From Nanobdellota archaeon (GTDB lineage Archaea > Nanobdellota > Nanobdellia > Woesearchaeales > JAGLXL01): 52,572 nucleotides of DNA. The stretch is from the NCBI GenBank assembly GCA_042577865.1, contig JBHPDN010000005.1, positions 1 through 52,572 on the forward strand, written 5' to 3'. Positions within the stretch are counted from its first letter, which is position 1. Every line of letters starts with the position of its first letter. Shown here piece after piece: positions 35,050 through 45,078 of the stretch. The translations under genes were made by a program, and so were the position numbers. The notes beneath the pieces are model-generated. The model did not search any database and was not told the origin of the DNA. It saw only the letters and a program-made list of their open reading frames with translations.

Positions 35050-36120
35050 ATGGAAGAAGAAAAAACACACAAAGAAGAACATCATGAAACTCATCATGTT
35101 CATAAAACAAAAAGTAAAAAAAAGGTTAATTATTGGAAATACAGTTCATTAGTTCTAGTGATTTTATTGATAGCTTCCGTTTATTTTGATGTTGGTTCAT
35201 TGAGAGAGCCGTCATCTGAAGAAGCAGGCAATGAGATTATGACTTTTATCAATGATGTAATGGTGCAGCCAGGAATGACTGCAGAATTAAAAAATATAGA
35301 AGATGCTCAAGGAGTTTACAAAATTGACTTGGATATAGAAGGTCAAGAATTTACATCTTATATTACTAAAGATGCCGAAATTTTCTTTCCACAAGGTTTT
35401 GTGGTGGCTGAATTGAAGGAAGAATTAGGTGCTGCTGAAGAAAGTACTGGAGCAACAGGAGCAGCAACTACAACAGCCACTAAATCAGACAAACCAAATA
35501 TCAAAATGTTTGTCATGACTTACTGCCCATACGGCCAACAAGCTGAAGCTGGTTTGTACCCTGCTTTAGAGTTATTAGGAGATACGGTTGAATTTGAACC
35601 TCACTTTATATTTTACAGCAATTACTGCGGCTGGGGTATTAAATGTACAGATGAACCTGAAGAAAGAGTAAACTACTGTTATGATGCTGATGAAGAAGAA
35701 CCCCAGTACTGTTCAATGCACGGAATCAACGAATTAAACGAAGGAGTCCGCCAATTATGCATCGATACAGAATATCCTGACAAGTGGTGGGATTATGTCA
35801 ACAAAATCAATGCTGAATGTTCTTTAAATGAAATAGAAACCTGCTGGCAAGATGTAGCTGAAGAAGTTGGTATTGATGTGGCGGCAATTGAAGATTGCTT
35901 TGACACTAAAATTGAACTGTTATTGAAGAAGGAAGTGTTGTTGAAAGAACAATATGGGGCAAGCGGTTCACCAACAATCATCATCAATGACGGACCTTAT
36001 GGTGGCGGCAGAGCAGCAGAAAACTACAAACAAGCACTGTGTGATGCTTTTAATGAAGCCCCAGCAGTTTGTGGTGAGGCATTAAGCACAACAGGAGGAG
36101 CAGCTGAGGGCAGCTGCTAA
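35050..36120 (+). CDS. Membrane-anchored thioredoxin-fold (DsbA/GILT-like) protein
   Basis: His-rich N-terminus, TM, FVMTYCPYG, SMHG..E, GSPTIIIN, C-terminal GSC. Confidence 0.8.
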   Translation: MEEEKTHKEEHHETHHVHKTKSKKKVNYWKYSSLVLVILLIASVYFDVGSLREPSSEEAGNEIMTFINDVMVQPGMTAELKNIEDAQGVYKIDLDIEGQEFTSYITKDAEIFFPQGFVVAELKEELGAAEESTGATGAATTTATKSDKPNIKMFVMTYCPYGQQAEAGLYPALELLGDTVEFEPHFIFYSNYCGWGIKCTDEPEERVNYCYDADEEEPQYCSMHGINELNEGVRQLCIDTEYPDKWWDYVNKINAECSLNEIETCWQDVAEEVGIDVAAIEDCFDTKIELLLKKEVLLKEQYGASGSPTIIINDGPYGGGRAAENYKQALCDAFNEAPAVCGEALSTTGGAAEGSC

Positions 36121-36136
36121 TTTTTTTCTTTTTTTT
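36121..36136 (+). terminator. Oligo-T tract, possible archaeal terminator
   Basis: TTTTTTTCTTTTTTTT immediately after the stop at 36120. Confidence 0.4.
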
Positions 36137-36139
36137 AAA

Positions 36140-37348
36140 ATGATGTTCGAAAGCGTCTTGAAAAATCTGGACAAAATTGGGAAGTTGATGGATTTGAGTG
36201 AGAGTGAACTAGAGCTATTAAAAAAACCAAGACGAATCCATAAAGCAGAGATTGAAGCTGGTGGAAAAAAGTATCAGGCTTACCGTGTTCAATACAATGA
36301 TGCGCGTGGTCCAACTAAAGGAGGAATAAGATTCCACCCTGAAGTTGATGAAGATGAAGTCAAGGCCTTGGCATTTTGGATGTCTTTGAAATGTGCAGTG
36401 GTAGGGATCCCTTATGGAGGAGGTAAAGGAGGAGTTTCAGTAAATCCTAAGGAATTATCTGATTCTGAAATTGAGGAATTGAGCAGAGGATTTGTACGGG
36501 CTTTTGCAGATCATTTAGGTCCTTGGAAAGACATTCCAGCACCCGATGTTTATACTAATGCTCAAATCATGGCCTGGATGTTAGATGAATTTGAGAAAAT
36601 CAAAGGATATCAGGCACCAGGAATGATTACTGGAAAACCTTTGGAGTTAGGAGGCAGTTTAGTTCGAGATATTGCAACTGCTCAGGGCGGAGCTTTTGTG
36701 CTGCGTGATTTAGTTAAGAAATTGGGTCTTTCTGATATCAAAGTTGTGATTCAAGGATTTGGTAATGCCGGCATGAACGTGGCTGAGATTTTGAATAATT
36801 TTGGTTATAAGATTATTGGGGCAAGTGACAGCAAAGGTGGAGTTTTTAATGTTGAAGGTTTTGATGTTGAAGCTTTAATTAAACATAAGAAAGAAAACGG
36901 CACAGTGATTGGTTTTGGTGAAGAGATTTCTAATTCTGATTTATTGCGTTTGGAATGTGATGTTTTGGTGCCAGCTGCGCTTGGTGGAGTAATTACTGGT
37001 GTAAATGCTCCCGATATTAAAGCTAAGGTGATTTTGGAATTGGCCAACGGTCCGGTTGATCCTGAAGCTGATGAAATTCTTTTTGAAAAAGGAATTGTTG
37101 TGTTGCCGGATATTTTAGCTAATGCAGGTGGTGTGACTGTTTCATATTTTGAATGGGTTCAGAATTTGAAAGGTTATTACTGGAGCCATGATAAGATTAT
37201 GGAAAAATTAGAAAAAGTAATGGTTAAGGCTTTTGAAGAGTTGTATGCTAAATATTCTGAATTAGGAAAAGATATGAGAACAGCAGCTTATGTTTTAGCA
37301 ATTGAAAAAATATTAACTGCAGAAAGATTAAGAGGAAATCTTAAATAG
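36140..37348 (+). CDS. gdhA: Glu/Leu/Phe/Val (glutamate) dehydrogenase
   Basis: RGPTKGGIRFHP, PYGGGKGG, DIPAPDV, QGFGNAG, ANAGGVTVSYFEW. Confidence 0.95.
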   Translation: MMFESVLKNLDKIGKLMDLSESELELLKKPRRIHKAEIEAGGKKYQAYRVQYNDARGPTKGGIRFHPEVDEDEVKALAFWMSLKCAVVGIPYGGGKGGVSVNPKELSDSEIEELSRGFVRAFADHLGPWKDIPAPDVYTNAQIMAWMLDEFEKIKGYQAPGMITGKPLELGGSLVRDIATAQGGAFVLRDLVKKLGLSDIKVVIQGFGNAGMNVAEILNNFGYKIIGASDSKGGVFNVEGFDVEALIKHKKENGTVIGFGEEISNSDLLRLECDVLVPAALGGVITGVNAPDIKAKVILELANGPVDPEADEILFEKGIVVLPDILANAGGVTVSYFEWVQNLKGYYWSHDKIMEKLEKVMVKAFEELYAKYSELGKDMRTAAYVLAIEKILTAERLRGNLK

Positions 37349-37369
37349 GCTAATTACATTTCTGGGGGT

Positions 37370-38320
37370 ATGGATTATTACAATCTGGTTTTTAATATAG
37401 TCGTAGTTTTGGTGAGTTTGTTTATTATTTTGAAGGCTTCTGATTTAGTTCTTTATGGGATTACTGGTTATGCCAAGAGATTGGGTTTGTCAAAATATTT
37501 GGCAGGACTGGTGATTGTTTCAATTGCAGCATCAATGCCTGAAGTGATCAGTTCTTTGAGTGGGTGGTTGGTTGGCAGGGAAGAGATGATGGTCGGTGCT
37601 ATTTTAGGAAATAACATGGTGCACATGGCTTTATTGATTGGAGTGATGGCAATAGTTGGAAAGAAAATGAAATTTGAGTCAACTTTATTGGAAAAATCCA
37701 AGTTTTTGATGTGGATTTTTTTACTGCTGCCTTTAGGCCTTTTGTTAGATGGAACGTTGAGCAGGATTGACGGATTGGTTTTGGTGCTTTGTTATGGAAT
37801 TTATATTGGATTTTTATGGCAGAAGGAAAAAACATTTGGCAAATTAAAGCAGAGAGTTAAATTTAGTCATATTTGGAGATATGGTTTGATTTTTTTGGGT
37901 GCTCTTTTGGCAATGCTGATGGCTGGTCGGTGGTTAGTGATTGGAGCAGTGGAACTGGCTGAAATTTCAGGAGTGCCGACTTTCTTTGTGGCTTTGATTG
38001 TAATTGGGATTGGTTCAGCAATTGATGATTTTGCTATTGGTATCAGAGCGGTTTTGAAAGGAAAACAGGAGATTGGGATTGGTGATGCTTTAGGTTCAAT
38101 TTTGAATGAACTGGTTTTGTTTTTTGGAGTAATTGCTTTGATTCGGCCGATTGAGATTGGGTTGAATATGATTTGGAGTTCTTTGTTGTTTTTAGGTATT
38201 AGTATTTCGCTAGTGATGTTATTCTTGCGGAAGAAAAAAATGACTTGGAAAGGTGGTTTGCTGATGGTTGGGATTTATCTGGTGTTTTTAGCAGTAGAGA
38301 TAACAAAAGTTATTCTTTAA
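37370..38320 (+). CDS. Sodium:calcium antiporter (CaCA/YrbG family)
   Basis: About 10 TMs; alpha-repeats ASMPE..GAILGNN and GSAIDD..GDALGS. Confidence 0.87.
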   Translation: MDYYNLVFNIVVVLVSLFIILKASDLVLYGITGYAKRLGLSKYLAGLVIVSIAASMPEVISSLSGWLVGREEMMVGAILGNNMVHMALLIGVMAIVGKKMKFESTLLEKSKFLMWIFLLLPLGLLLDGTLSRIDGLVLVLCYGIYIGFLWQKEKTFGKLKQRVKFSHIWRYGLIFLGALLAMLMAGRWLVIGAVELAEISGVPTFFVALIVIGIGSAIDDFAIGIRAVLKGKQEIGIGDALGSILNELVLFFGVIALIRPIEIGLNMIWSSLLFLGISISLVMLFLRKKKMTWKGGLLMVGIYLVFLAVEITKVIL

Positions 38321-39776
38321 TTATTTTAACAACACCTTTATCGGCGTCTACTTCTATCATATCTCCATCTTTAATCACTTCTGTAGCAATCTTTGTTCCA
38401 ACAATACAGGGGATATTAAATTCTCTTGCCAGGATTGAAGCGTGAGAAGTGATTCCACCTTCATTAGTTACAATCGCTGCTGCTCTCCGGGCCAGCATCA
38501 CCATGGTCGGTTGAGTCATTGTGGTAATCATAATATCTCCTTTCTGAAAGTGCTTTACATCATCTAATAATCTTTCCAAATCTTCCACTTTAATGATACG
38601 GGCACGTCCTTTCACTTTTCCCACACTTGCGGGTGTACCAAAAATTGTGTTTACTGATTTATGTTTTTTTGTGTATTTACCAATCAAATCATAGTATTGG
38701 CCGTAAGCTTTCTGCCCAGAGTCAAATTTTAAGATACCTTCCTTAAGATAAAAAGCGTAAGTTTCTTCTCTTTGAGTCATTTCATCTTTTGATAAGGTTT
38801 TGCCATTTTCCAAAAAATTCATCATCTCTTCAAAACGATACGTCATAAACAAATCTTTTACAGCAATATCAAGGCGATTACTTATCTCTTTAAAAAAATT
38901 CAAAAATAAATATTCAGCTCCGCCCCACCATTTTTTCAACTTCAATCTATCTATAGCTAATGAGCCAAATATTTTAGAAAGCCTTTCAACTTCTTCTTTA
39001 TCTTTGATTTGAGCAAGAATATTTTGATATTTTTTTTGATGTTCTTCAAGTCCTTGATTTAATTCCCCTAACTGTTTTTGTCTTTTTTGTTTAGGTATCT
39101 CTTGCCAATCTGAGAATTTTTTTCTTAAAAATTCAATAATGACAGATTTATCATAAGTATTGAAAAACAACCAAGGAAATTTTTCTCCATGATCCAAAAA
39201 ATCTTTTTCCATCAGGTTATTTTTAAAAGACAATTCAATAGCTGAGATTTCTTCTTCTTTAATAAGATCGATTTCAGTCGGCGTAGTAAGAGTAATAAAG
39301 GCCTGAACCGCCTCTTTCTTACCTAAATTCTTTTCAAGTAATTTTTCTAATCTTTCTTTTGCTATTTCTAAATATTCTGGTTGTGAGATTTTAAAATAAG
39401 CCCAAGTCAAATCATAAAGTTCTTGATACTGATTTAAAAATTCACTTAGTTCTCCATTACTCAATTTTTTTAAATCACGGCTATTAATTTTCTTAACAAA
39501 GTTATTGAAAGACACCCTAATCAATCGAGATTTTTTTAAATGTTGGACTATAAATCCCTTTTCAACGATTATTTTACCCGCATTATGGGCTGAGGGATAA
39601 TCTTGAGTTGCATTATAGGTGTGGACAGTGCCTTTTTCTACATACATAAAGACATTTTTATTCTCATTCGCAATAATATCCCTCAAATAAACATAGCCCC
39701 TTAACCAAGATTCTGTTGAGATTACAGAATGTTGTTCCCCCCAAGAAAATTCATATTGTGAACTTTTTTCTTTCAT
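38310..39776 (-). CDS. PEP-utilising enzyme phospho-His (swivel) domain protein lacking an ATP-grasp domain
   Basis: C-terminal G.PAS.G.V.G.AR..GDI..T.MT.P..AAAIVTNEGGITSHASILAREFNIPCIVG; helical N-terminal region. Confidence 0.85.
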   Translation of the reverse strand: MKEKSSQYEFSWGEQHSVISTESWLRGYVYLRDIIANENKNVFMYVEKGTVHTYNATQDYPSAHNAGKIIVEKGFIVQHLKKSRLIRVSFNNFVKKINSRDLKKLSNGELSEFLNQYQELYDLTWAYFKISQPEYLEIAKERLEKLLEKNLGKKEAVQAFITLTTPTEIDLIKEEEISAIELSFKNNLMEKDFLDHGEKFPWLFFNTYDKSVIIEFLRKKFSDWQEIPKQKRQKQLGELNQGLEEHQKKYQNILAQIKDKEEVERLSKIFGSLAIDRLKLKKWWGGAEYLFLNFFKEISNRLDIAVKDLFMTYRFEEMMNFLENGKTLSKDEMTQREETYAFYLKEGILKFDSGQKAYGQYYDLIGKYTKKHKSVNTIFGTPASVGKVKGRARIIKVEDLERLLDDVKHFQKGDIMITTMTQPTMVMLARRAAAIVTNEGGITSHASILAREFNIPCIVGTKIATEVIKDGDMIEVDADKGVVKIIKE

Positions 39777-39876
39777 AGTTAATCAAATAGTTAACTTTCT
39801 TCCTTTATTAATCTTTTTCTAAAGCAAAAGTTTTATAAGAGATAATTAACTATTTCTTTATAAAAAGAGGTTGACT

Positions 39877-40848
39877 ATGGGATATGATGTTTTATGTGCG
39901 GGTTCGGCAACAATAGATGTGTTTATTGATTATAATAAAAGGACTCGCGATATTAAATCTGGGGAAAAGGTTTTAATTTCTAATTTAGAAAAGCATACTG
40001 GCGGCGGAGCCAATAATTCTGCTACGGCTTTGAAAAAGATGGGTTTGAAGGTTAAGGCCTTGTTTAAGGTTGGTGATGACCATGACGGAGAACTGATTGG
40101 CAAGGAGTTGAGGAATGATGGAGTTAAGTGTTTGGAAGTAATTGATAAAAAACACAGGACTTCTTTTTCTGCAATTTTAAGTTCGACTAAAGAGAGCGAT
40201 AGAACACTTTACACATTTAAAGGAGCTTCTGATTATTTGGATTGGAATGATTTTAATAAAAAAGAACTGAAAGGTTTGAAATGTATTTATTTAGGAACTT
40301 TGTTGAAAAATTCTTTTAAAGTGGCTATTAAATTGGCTAAGTTTGCTAAAGATAATAAAATTGAACTGTTGTTTAATCCGAGTTCTTACCTAGCTAAAGA
40401 GGGCAAGATTTTTTTGAAACCTGTTTTAGAGGCGACTACCATTTTAGTTTTGAACCGAGAAGAAGCCAAGAAATTGTTAGGTGTCAAAACAAATAATGTG
40501 AAAGAACTATCAATGAGTTTAATGAAGTGCGGTCCAAAACTAGTGATTATTACTGAAGGTCCTAAGGGAGTTAACGCTTATGATGGCGAATGTTTATATT
40601 CTGTCAAACCATACAAAGTAAAAGTGGTTCATACAGCCGGAGCAGGAGATTCCTTTACTTCTGCTTTTCTAGCAGTTTATTTGAAAACAAAAAATATTGA
40701 GAAAGCCCTGAGGTTTGGCAATGCCAATGCAGCTTCGGTAATTCAACATTATGGCACTAAACACAAACTTTTGAGTTGGCGAGAGGCTGAGAATTTTATC
40801 AAAAAGAAAAAATCCAAAATAACAAAAAGGTGTGTGATGAAAAAATGA
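39877..40848 (+). CDS. PfkB-family carbohydrate kinase
   Basis: GGGANNSA, KVGDD.DG, FNP, LNREEA, HTAGAGDSF. ATG 39877 preferred over TTG 39871. Confidence 0.92.
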   Translation: MGYDVLCAGSATIDVFIDYNKRTRDIKSGEKVLISNLEKHTGGGANNSATALKKMGLKVKALFKVGDDHDGELIGKELRNDGVKCLEVIDKKHRTSFSAILSSTKESDRTLYTFKGASDYLDWNDFNKKELKGLKCIYLGTLLKNSFKVAIKLAKFAKDNKIELLFNPSSYLAKEGKIFLKPVLEATTILVLNREEAKKLLGVKTNNVKELSMSLMKCGPKLVIITEGPKGVNAYDGECLYSVKPYKVKVVHTAGAGDSFTSAFLAVYLKTKNIEKALRFGNANAASVIQHYGTKHKLLSWREAENFIKKKKSKITKRCVMKK

Positions 40849-41630
40849 AAAAGATTAATCCAATTTTCAAAGGAGGCAAATCATTAATTTTAGCCTATGA
40901 TCATGGGATGGAGCATGGACCAAAGGAATTTAATTTAGTTAATGTTGATCCACAACATATTGTGGAAATTGCAGTCAAGGGAAATTACAATGCTTTGGCT
41001 TGTCAAAGTGGAATTGCACAACACTATGTGGATCACCACAAGAAAAGAGTGCCGTTAATTCTAAAATTAAACGGCAAAACAAACATCCCTCAAATTGAAC
41101 CAATCTCTTTGCAGAATTGTTCTGTAAAAAGAGCAGTTAAGCTAGGAGCTGATGCTGTAGGGTATACAATCTATTTAGGAAGTGAACGCGAAAGAGAAAT
41201 GTTTGCCCAATTTGGCAAGATTGTTGAGGAAGCTCATGATTATATGATTCCAGTGATGGCTTGGATTTATCCCCGCGGTCAATTTGTGAAAGATAAACTA
41301 AGTACAGATATTGCAGCCTATGCAGCCAGAGTTGGTTTGGAATTAGGGGCAGATGCAATTAAATTGAAGTATAACAGTGACAAAGAAGGCTTTAAGTGGG
41401 TAGTGCAAAGTGCTGGCAAAGCCAAAGTATTAGTGGCAGGAGGTCCAAAAGTTGATTTTGGAAACAAATATTTGAAAGAAGTAAGAGATTTCATGGAAGC
41501 CGGTGCTTCTGGTATGGCGGTAGGCAGGAATGTTTGGAAATCAGACAAACCTTTGAAAGTAACTAAGGCCTTGAAATCAATTATTTTTGACAATGCCAAA
41601 GTCAAGGATGCATTAAAATGGCTAAAATAA
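40845..41630 (+). CDS. fbaB: Class I (DhnA-type) fructose-bisphosphate aldolase
   Basis: LAYDHGMEHGP, ILKLNGK, LGADAVGYT, YPRG, ELGADAIKLKY, AGG, GRNVW; ATGA overlap with the kinase. Confidence 0.92.
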   Translation: MKKINPIFKGGKSLILAYDHGMEHGPKEFNLVNVDPQHIVEIAVKGNYNALACQSGIAQHYVDHHKKRVPLILKLNGKTNIPQIEPISLQNCSVKRAVKLGADAVGYTIYLGSEREREMFAQFGKIVEEAHDYMIPVMAWIYPRGQFVKDKLSTDIAAYAARVGLELGADAIKLKYNSDKEGFKWVVQSAGKAKVLVAGGPKVDFGNKYLKEVRDFMEAGASGMAVGRNVWKSDKPLKVTKALKSIIFDNAKVKDALKWLK

Positions 41631-42070
41631 TTTACATTGGAGCGGACCATGCTGGTTTTAAGTTGAAAGAGAAGATGAAGAAGTATTTGGAAAGATTAGG
41701 ATATGAAGTGAGGGATGAAGGCAATAATAAATTTGAATTAAGAGATGATTTTACTGATTTTGCAGTTAAGGTTTCTAAAAATGTTGTTAAAACAAAGGGC
41801 AAGGGAATTTTAATCTGCGGCACAGGACAAGGGATGTGTGTAGCTGCCAATAAAGTCAAGGGAACTAGGGCGTATTATGCTTATGATAAAAATACAGCAG
41901 AACATGCAGCCAAACATGGCGATGCCAACATACTTTGTTTACCAGGTTATTCAAAAGAAAAAACAGCCCAGGATATAGTTAAGACTTGGTTCAAAACAAA
42001 ATTTTCTAAAGCCAAAAGATATGTTCGCAGAATAAAAAAATTAAAAAATATTGAAAGGTCAAATAAATGA
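41618..42070 (+). CDS. rpiB: Ribose-5-phosphate isomerase B
   Basis: GADHAG..LKE, GILICGTGQG, ANKVKG.RA. Confidence 0.94.
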   Translation: MAKIIYIGADHAGFKLKEKMKKYLERLGYEVRDEGNNKFELRDDFTDFAVKVSKNVVKTKGKGILICGTGQGMCVAANKVKGTRAYYAYDKNTAEHAAKHGDANILCLPGYSKEKTAQDIVKTWFKTKFSKAKRYVRRIKKLKNIERSNK

Positions 42071-42681
42071 TTATTCCCACAGTTGTTAGTAATTCTCAGA
42101 AAGATTTGGAAAAAAGGATTAAGAAAGTCAGGAAATTTGCCAAAAGATTTCAAATAGATGTGGTGGACGGCAAGTTTGCTAAGAATGTCAGTTTTGAATT
42201 TGATTTTAAACTGCCTCAAGGGTTGAAGTATGAGGCACATCTGATGGTTAATGATCCTATGAAGTGGATTGAGAAACACGGCCATAAAGTTGATATGATT
42301 ATCTTTCATGTGGAGCCGGTTAAGGACATTGGCAAGGTGATCAAGCTGATTAAATCCAAGAAAAAGAAAGTGGGTTTGGGTCTGAAGGCGAAGACACCAG
42401 TTAGCAAGATTAAGAAATATTTTAAGAGAGTGGATCAAGTAACAGTTTTAACTGTCAACCCTGGATTTTACGGTAGCAAGTTTTTGCCAGGACCTCTTAA
42501 GAAAATAAAAGAAATTAAGAAAGGAAATAAAAAAATTAAAATCCAGGTTGATGGTGGAATGGGTCCGGAAACAATTGGTTTGGCAAAAAAGGCCGGAGCA
42601 GATTCTTTTTGTGTGGGTTCTTACCTTCAAAAAAGCAGAGATGTAAAAAAAGCGATTGAGGTTTTGAAAAAAGCAAAATGA
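42067..42681 (+). CDS. rpe: Ribulose-phosphate 3-epimerase
   Basis: IDVVDG.F, EAHLMV.DP, TVNPGFYG, VDGG, VGS. Confidence 0.93.
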   Translation: MIIPTVVSNSQKDLEKRIKKVRKFAKRFQIDVVDGKFAKNVSFEFDFKLPQGLKYEAHLMVNDPMKWIEKHGHKVDMIIFHVEPVKDIGKVIKLIKSKKKKVGLGLKAKTPVSKIKKYFKRVDQVTVLTVNPGFYGSKFLPGPLKKIKEIKKGNKKIKIQVDGGMGPETIGLAKKAGADSFCVGSYLQKSRDVKKAIEVLKKAK

Positions 42682-43232
42682 AGATTTTTTTTGTAACTGG
42701 AAACAAAGGAAAGTTTATGGAAGTCAAAGAGATAATGGATGGCCAGGAGATTGAAGTGGAACAGATTGAAATAGACAAACCAGAGATGAAATCTGATTCA
42801 ATCAAGGAAATTGCCAAAGATGCGGCTGAGAAATTAGCTAATCAGTTAGGAAAGACGATTGTAGTGGAAGATACGGGATTTTTTTTGAAGGCCTTTAATA
42901 ATTTTCCAGGAGCACATCCAAAATTTGTTTATGATGGAATTGGTCTGGAAGGTATTTTCAAATTATTAGAAGGAAAGGACAGAAGTGCTTACTTTAAGAC
43001 GGTGGCTGCTTATAGTGAGCCGGGCAAAGAAGCAGTTTGTTTTGAAGGTGTTTTTGAAGGCAGAGTAGCAGATAATATTTCAGATGTAGATTCTTTGCCA
43101 GGACTGCCTTATGACAAGATGTTTATTCCGGCAAATGGAGACAAACCTTGGTCAGAGATACCAGAAGCCAAAAAAGAAGGCAACCACAGAAAAGAAGCCT
43201 TTGAAAAATTAGCAAAATTTTTAAAAAAATGA
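42678..43232 (+). CDS. rdgB: Non-canonical purine NTP pyrophosphatase (RdgB/HAM1)
   Basis: TGNKGK..E, VEDTG, FPG, YD..F.P, NHRK.A. Confidence 0.9.
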   Translation: MKIFFVTGNKGKFMEVKEIMDGQEIEVEQIEIDKPEMKSDSIKEIAKDAAEKLANQLGKTIVVEDTGFFLKAFNNFPGAHPKFVYDGIGLEGIFKLLEGKDRSAYFKTVAAYSEPGKEAVCFEGVFEGRVADNISDVDSLPGLPYDKMFIPANGDKPWSEIPEAKKEGNHRKEAFEKLAKFLKK

Positions 43233-43256
43233 AACTTTCAAAAAAGAGGGAAGAGA

Positions 43257-45065
43257 ATGGCATCTAAAAAGATATTAAGTCAAATTGCTAAAAGATTGAG
43301 AATTAATTCTTTGAAAATGACCACAGCATCTGGTTCTGGTCATCCAACTACTTGTCTGTCAATTGCAGAATTAATGAGTTGTTTGTTTTTTAATGAAATG
43401 AAATACAGAGTAAAGAGACCCCATGATTTTAATAATGATGAATTGGTTTTGTCCGAAGGTCATGCCGCCCCAATCTTGTGGAGCTGTTATGCTGAGGCAG
43501 GGATTATACCTCAAAATGATTTAATGAATCTGCGTAAAGTCAACAGTGTTTTAGAAGGACATCCAACACCAAGGATGCCTTGGATTAAAGTGTCCACTGG
43601 TTCATTGGGACAAGGTTTGAGCGCAGGTGTGGGTATGGCTTTGGCTATGAGATTAGGAAAGAGCCAGGGCAATGTTTATGTGATGATGGGTGATGGTGAA
43701 TGTGCAGAAGGCAATGTTTGGGAAGCAGCCAATTCAGCAGCTTATTTTGGTTTGAAAAATATATGTGCAATTGTCAATGTAAACCGGCTGGGACAGAGTC
43801 AGCAAACAATGCATGGCCATGATTTGTATGTTTATGTAAAGAAGTTTAGGGCTTTTGGTTGGGAAGCAATTGAGATTGACGGGCATGACATTGATGAAAT
43901 TTTAATAGCTTTGAAGAAAGCCCGGCAAAGCAAAAAACCATTTGCTATTATTGCCCGGACAATTAAAGGCCAAGGAATTTCTTTTTTGGAAAATAAAAAC
44001 GGTTGGCATGGTGTGCCTTTGAAAAAACCTGATTTGGCTGCGGCTTTGGAAGAGCTAGGTGAGATGCCTGAAGTGATGAGTAAGAATTACGTCAAGGTGA
44101 GAAAGAGTAGTAATTTGAAACTGAAAAATGATTTTAGACTGGAGAAGACCAAATACAACAAACATGATATGGTGGCAACTAGGGATGCTTACGGCAAAGC
44201 TTTGGTGAGTTTAGGCAAGGTTAACAAAGCGGTGGTTTGTGTAGATGGTGATGTGAAAAATTCTACCAGAGCGGAAAGTTTTTTTGAAAAGTATCCTGAA
44301 AGGAGTTTTGAGAGTTATATTGCTGAGCAAAACATGGTGGGTATGGCGGCAGGAATGGCATCCAAAGGGTACATTCCTTTTACAGCAACTTTTGCTGCTT
44401 TTTTGACGCGGGCCCACGACCAAATCAGAATGGCGGGACATTCTTTTTTGAACATGAAGTTTTGCGGCAGTCATGTAGGTGTGAGCATTGGCCAGGACGG
44501 TCCGTCACAGATGGGTCTGGAAGATATAGCTATGTTCAGACCAATTCCTGAGTGTGTGATTTTTTATCCTTGTGATGCTTATTCAACTGAAGAATGTGTT
44601 AAAGAAATGGCCAAGTATGAAGGGATGGTTTATCTTCGGACAACCAGGCCAAAAACACCAATTGTTTATGGAAGAGGGAAAAGATTTCCAATTGGTGGCT
44701 CTAAAGTTTTGAAAAGGAGCGCTCATGACAAGGCAACAGTGGTTTGTGCAGGAATCACTGTCTTTGAAGCCTTGAAAGCTTATGATGAATTGAAAAAAGA
44801 AGGAATCAAAATTAGAGTGATTGATGCTTATTCAGTCAAACCAATTGATACTAAGACTTTGAAAAGAGCTGCTAAACAGACCGGCAGAGTAATTGTGGTT
44901 GAAGATCATTTTGAAGGTGGTCTGGGAGATGCGGTGGCTGATGTGGTTGGTGATGTGGTGAGATTATGTGTGAAGAAATTTCCCCGCTCTGGCAAGCCAG
45001 CTGAATTGATGAAGAAGTATGGGATTGATTATAAATCAATAATGAGAGAGGTTAAAAAAAAGTAG
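43257..45065 (+). CDS. tkt: Transketolase (single chain)
   Basis: GSGHPT, EGHPTP, TGSLGQG, GDGE.AEG..WEA, IAEQNM, GQDGPSQM.LED. Confidence 0.95.
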   Translation: MASKKILSQIAKRLRINSLKMTTASGSGHPTTCLSIAELMSCLFFNEMKYRVKRPHDFNNDELVLSEGHAAPILWSCYAEAGIIPQNDLMNLRKVNSVLEGHPTPRMPWIKVSTGSLGQGLSAGVGMALAMRLGKSQGNVYVMMGDGECAEGNVWEAANSAAYFGLKNICAIVNVNRLGQSQQTMHGHDLYVYVKKFRAFGWEAIEIDGHDIDEILIALKKARQSKKPFAIIARTIKGQGISFLENKNGWHGVPLKKPDLAAALEELGEMPEVMSKNYVKVRKSSNLKLKNDFRLEKTKYNKHDMVATRDAYGKALVSLGKVNKAVVCVDGDVKNSTRAESFFEKYPERSFESYIAEQNMVGMAAGMASKGYIPFTATFAAFLTRAHDQIRMAGHSFLNMKFCGSHVGVSIGQDGPSQMGLEDIAMFRPIPECVIFYPCDAYSTEECVKEMAKYEGMVYLRTTRPKTPIVYGRGKRFPIGGSKVLKRSAHDKATVVCAGITVFEALKAYDELKKEGIKIRVIDAYSVKPIDTKTLKRAAKQTGRVIVVEDHFEGGLGDAVADVVGDVVRLCVKKFPRSGKPAELMKKYGIDYKSIMREVKKK

Positions 45066-45078
45066 TAGGTAAGATGCT

